DNA from: a virus
Lineage: Duplodnaviria; Caudoviricetes
DNA length: 36,371 nucleotides
Direction: 5' to 3' (one strand)
IMG/VR virus record: IMGVR_UViG_3300037566_000074
Coordinates: 1-36,371 of that record
The notes beneath the pieces were generated by a model. The model searched no databases and was not told where the DNA came from. It saw only the letters and a list, made by a program, of their open reading frames with translations. This document shows, piece after piece, positions 33,560 through 36,371 of this stretch. Numbering within the stretch: position 1 is the stretch's first letter; each line of letters starts with the position of its first letter. Made by a program: the position numbers and the translations under genes.

Positions 33560-33609
33560 CAAATATATAAAATATATATGTTATATATTAAAATAATTTA
33601 CTAATTTTG
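33560..33609. promoter_or_regulatory. Divergent -7 promoter elements
   Basis: Leftward TATATTTG (33567..33560) and rightward TAATTTTG (33602..33609). Confidence 0.5.
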
Positions 33610-33630
33610 TGATTAATAATAATTTACACA

Positions 33631-33993
33631 ATGAAAAAGTTACTCTTAACAATAAGCATTACCTTTATTTTTAGTACAGGTATTAAAGCTCAGATTCCAA
33701 CAAAATTTGGATCATTTAAACAATACATCACTAAATCAAACGATACACTAAAGGTAGGTGATAAAATTACCTTTGGCTTACCAACCAACGGAAACCAGTA
33801 TATATATATTACGCAAGGCAATGTGCCAGCTGCAGCAAAAATAAATGGAGATACGGTTACAATTCACAAATTAAAAAGCATAGGCAACAAAACCAAAGGC
33901 TATAAAATGTATGCCCTTATTAAAGGTTATGGCTTACTTCCTGTATTTGTAGATATTGAAGCCGCAATAAAAACTGAAGAAATAGAATTGTAA
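33631..33993 (+). CDS. Exported hypothetical protein (moron)
   Basis: Signal peptide MKKLLLTISITFIFSTGIKA|Q and its own promoter; the stop lies 4 nt before attC-like site 1. Confidence 0.8.
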   Translation: MKKLLLTISITFIFSTGIKAQIPTKFGSFKQYITKSNDTLKVGDKITFGLPTNGNQYIYITQGNVPAAAKINGDTVTIHKLKSIGNKTKGYKMYALIKGYGLLPVFVDIEAAIKTEEIEL

Positions 33994-33997
33994 ACAT

Positions 33998-34134
33998 TAC
34001 ACACAACGAATTTGTATAAGATTAGGTGCTAAATTCGGCAGAATTTACACCGTATAAACAAGAACAAAACATTGAATTAAACATTAACTTTAAAAAAGTC
34101 CACAAGCACTTAATTTTATACGGTGTTATGTGGC
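33998..34134 (+). other. attC-like site 1
   Basis: TACACACAAC-gaattt-GTATAAGATTAGGTGCT ... AGCACTTAATTTTATAC-ggt-GTTATGTGGC, a 17-bp stem (15 Watson-Crick plus 2 G.T). Confidence 0.72.
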
Positions 34135-34144
34135 GTTATTTAAG

Positions 34145-34369
34145 ATGATTGTAATTAAGAAAGTAGCGGATAGAAAATTAGAAACAGACGTTGAATTAAA
34201 CACTGATTGTTTTTGCCCTAATTGTGGTGAAAAAGAAGTTTATACTGCTATTGGTGAAGGTGATTATTATGAAGGACCTTATAATTATTGCAAAAACTGC
34301 AAATGTGCGTTTACTATGCCTTCTTGTGGTGTAGATGAAAATATAGAATTTATTTCTAATGCCACATAA
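34145..34369 (+). CDS. Cassette-encoded zinc-ribbon protein
   Basis: CPNCG...CKNCK. The TAA stop lies inside GCCACATAAC, and ATG 34145 is preferred over GTG 34130. Confidence 0.75.
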   Translation: MIVIKKVADRKLETDVELNTDCFCPNCGEKEVYTAIGEGDYYEGPYNYCKNCKCAFTMPSCGVDENIEFISNAT

Positions 34370-34873
34370 CGGTGTAGCTATGAGTAGTGCGGGCATTACA
34401 GCACTGACCTAAATACGAGTATTAACCGCTCCCGCTTCTTTTTTGAGCGTGGGCAAAAACGAAAATAAAATGGAAACTATAATTGAAAGAAAAGACATTA
34501 CTGAAGAAACTTACCGCGAAATACTTGATGTTGAAACGCATCACAACCACCCAATAATTAAAGACGAAAACGGCACTTTAAGGTGGAAGGAAAACAAGGA
34601 CACTTGTAAGTTTCTTAGAAACATTTCACTTAATGATTTATGCCCTTTACTGAATAGTTTGGGGTATGATAAGAACTCTGAACCATACAGACAGCTTTAC
34701 CGAAATATGGGGTATTCGCTTTTTGGGTATTGGGAAATATTCTATTGGGAAGTGAATAATGAAGGTGCTGAAGAATATACGCCAAATGAAATGTGCGTTG
34801 GGAAAAAAGAAGCATAGCACAGACCTTACTACGAGCTACGACACCCGCATTACTTATAGCTGATGTTGTAGCA
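34361..34873 (+). other. attC-like site 2 with a whole gene in its loop
   Basis: GCCACATAAC-ggtgt-AGCTATGAGTAGTGCGGG ... CCCGCATTACTTATAGCT-gat-GTTGTAGCA, an 18-bp stem (16 Watson-Crick plus 2 G.T). Confidence 0.7.
34470..34817 (+). CDS. Hypothetical protein nested in attC-like site 2
   Basis: ATG 34470 follows an A-rich leader (the track uses TTG 34443); DENGTLRWKEN...GYSLFGYWEIF. Confidence 0.75.
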   Translation: METIIERKDITEETYREILDVETHHNHPIIKDENGTLRWKENKDTCKFLRNISLNDLCPLLNSLGYDKNSEPYRQLYRNMGYSLFGYWEIFYWEVNNEGAEEYTPNEMCVGKKEA

Positions 34874-34884
34874 TCGTTTTAATG

Positions 34885-34952
34885 TGCTACAACACCAAGC
34901 TATGAAACGTTGCGAGGCACGAGCTATGATTTATAGCGACTGTTGTGGGTAG
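34885..34952 (+). other. attC-like site 3 (compact, 68 bp)
   Basis: TGCTACAAC-accaa-GCTATGAAacgttgc-gaggcacga-gctatgaTTTATAGC-gact-GTTGTGGGTAG. Confidence 0.72.
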
Positions 34953-34967
34953 TTATTCAAAAAAAAA

Positions 34968-36116
34968 TCATAACAGCGAAATTATTTTCTCATGTGCCGC
35001 ATCGCGCACACTGAGCGGAAACTCATTAGTATAAATACTATGCGTGCTTTGTTGTGCATGGCCCACCAATTCCATGGTAATACGTTCATCTATTAGCATC
35101 TGTTGCGCTCTATTAATAAAAGAGTAGCGCGCACCTTTAGTCAGCACACGCACACCAAGCCTTAGATCCTTAATATAATCATTAAGCCGATCATTCATAT
35201 TGCTTACAAAATCATTCTGAGATTTATACTTATGTATTGGCACCAGGTAAGGATAACAGCCAAAACGCTTTAGCAATGCCTCAGCTTCAGGAAAAATCTT
35301 ATTGTTTATATACACACTCGTACCACCTTTAAAACGGTAAAACTGCACACGCCCATCATTAACATGCTCATCATAGCGCAGATTAGCCAAATCAATAGCA
35401 TCAATACCACCAAGGTAAAACATAAGCATAAAATAATAGCGGTAAGCATTAATACTATCTATAGAGCTTTTATAATCGTGCTTGTTTAAAAGAGTCCTGG
35501 TAAAAAACAACTTTTTCAGTTGCGCATCGTTAAGATGCTTAGATTTGGTTTGCTCTTTTTTAGGGCGCACACCCTCAAAAGGATTAGGTAAATGCAAAGG
35601 CTTCACCTTATTAAAAATAGCATTCAAAGTACGCATATAGGTATGCACACCATTAGGCTTATTGGTTTTTAAAAGTGCAGACATATAAGCATTAGCATCA
35701 CTTTTAGTAATTGCTTCAATAGCCACACCAGGAAAGGCCGCATTAAAACTATTCAAAACCGTTTCGTACAATTTACCATTAGTGCTACCATCTACCAAAA
35801 CCAAACCAGCATCATAAAACGCGCCAGATTGCGCCTTAATCTTACCAAACAATAACTGCTTGGCATCAGCATAACTGTAACGTTGGGTATTAATATCCGC
35901 AATAATACTTTTTTGATTCAACAGATCCGCAATTAACAAATCATATTCCGGATGCTGTTTTGTAATGGTTTCAGTAGCATCATTCCAATGCTCAGGCTGG
36001 CATCTAAAAATTGTTTTCTTAACAGGAGATTTACCAGAACATCTTAAAATTTTATATACCGGAAAACCATTAGCATTTGGTTTCTGACTCAATTCTAATT
36101 TTAAAGATGCCTTCAT
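34968..36116 (-). CDS. Prophage integrase (Bacteroidota-type tyrosine recombinase)
   Basis: Adjacent to att. N-terminal arm-binding-like region, then GGIDAIDL, RFKG, TKGARYSF and LVGH...IY. Confidence 0.88.
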   Translation of the reverse strand: MKASLKLELSQKPNANGFPVYKILRCSGKSPVKKTIFRCQPEHWNDATETITKQHPEYDLLIADLLNQKSIIADINTQRYSYADAKQLLFGKIKAQSGAFYDAGLVLVDGSTNGKLYETVLNSFNAAFPGVAIEAITKSDANAYMSALLKTNKPNGVHTYMRTLNAIFNKVKPLHLPNPFEGVRPKKEQTKSKHLNDAQLKKLFFTRTLLNKHDYKSSIDSINAYRYYFMLMFYLGGIDAIDLANLRYDEHVNDGRVQFYRFKGGTSVYINNKIFPEAEALLKRFGCYPYLVPIHKYKSQNDFVSNMNDRLNDYIKDLRLGVRVLTKGARYSFINRAQQMLIDERITMELVGHAQQSTHSIYTNEFPLSVRDAAHEKIISLL

Positions 36117-36120
36117 GGTT

Positions 36121-36142
36121 TAATCACTTTTTAATCACTTTT
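36121..36142. repeat. Putative integrase arm-type sites, right arm
   Basis: TAATCACTTTT twice in tandem, matching 187..207. Confidence 0.6.
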
Positions 36143-36213
36143 TCACACAAAAGTAACACATTTTACCACAAAAAACATAAAATAATAAAAGTGAAGCAAC
36201 CTATAAAAAACAG

Positions 36214-36239
36214 AAAAACCCTAGAAATACTAGGGTTTT
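36214..36239 (-). terminator. Phage-side terminator downstream of the reconstituted tRNA-Arg
   Basis: AAAACCCTAG-aaata-CTAGGGTTTT. Confidence 0.7.
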
Positions 36240-36244
36240 AGTTC

Positions 36245-36291
36245 TGTGATCGCGACAGGATTCGAACCTGTGACCGTCTGCTTAGAAGGCA
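36245..36291. repeat. Right att core
   Basis: Identical to 81..127. Confidence 0.97.
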
Positions 36292-36320
36292 GATGCTCTA
36301 TCCAGCTGAGCTACGCGACC
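36247..36320 (-). tRNA. tRNA-Arg(TCT)
   Basis: GGTCGCGTAGCTCAGCTGGATAGAGCATCTGCCTTCTAAGCAGACGGTCACAGGTTCGAATCCTGTCGCGATCA folds as a cloverleaf with anticodon TCT. Confidence 0.96.
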
Positions 36321-36330
36321 GAATTAAAAG

Positions 36331-36371
36331 TCGGGGTGGCAGGATTCGAACCTGCGACCTCCGCGTCCCAA
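36331..36371 (-). tRNA. tRNA-Pro(TGG), 3' portion (runs off window)
   Basis: Reverse complement TTGGGACGCGGAGGTCGCAGGTTCGAATCCTGCCACCCCGA. Confidence 0.85.

Larger units (their letters stand above)
81..36291. mobile_element. Complete temperate siphovirus-like prophage integrated at tRNA-Arg(TCT)
   Basis: 47-bp direct repeats at both ends, integrase next to the right att, and head, tail, lysis, packaging, replication and immunity modules all present. Confidence 0.95.

Noticed and set aside
33998-34952. Hairpins as ordinary intrinsic terminators
   Set aside because: They have no U tracts, two of the loops are very long (74 and 450 nt), and the shared AAC/GTT boxes and complementary cassette ends are not explained by termination.

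Overview
The window is almost entirely one apparently complete ~36.2-kb temperate siphovirus-type prophage (81..36291) with an HK97-like head. The host is probably Bacteroidota/Flavobacteriaceae-like, inferred from low GC and TAnnTTTG promoters. The prophage is integrated in the 3' half of tRNA-Arg(TCT) inside a minus-strand tRNA cluster, with a 47-bp att core at 81..127 and 36245..36291. Left to right the modules are: lysis; tail fibre and tail tip; tape measure with a lambda-type G/GT frameshift; head; a 5.3-kb accessory insert between portal and terminase; packaging; DnaB plus an initiator with iterons; a cro/cI-like switch; morons; integrase. Three things stand out. (1) Two arrays of integron-attC-like hairpin sites (AAC-spacer-stem...stem-spacer-GTT) delimit small cassettes whose ends are mutually complementary. 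One array lies beside a truncated integron-integrase-like tyrosine recombinase, and some genes start inside or sit within the site loops. (2) A 268-bp gene-containing unit is repeated three times around two DNA methyltransferases, next to a serine recombinase. (3) An unannotated lipopeptide/membrane-protein/small-protein operon converges on a repressor that lacks an SOS-cleavage domain. All family calls come from motif recognition by eye, and no database search was run.
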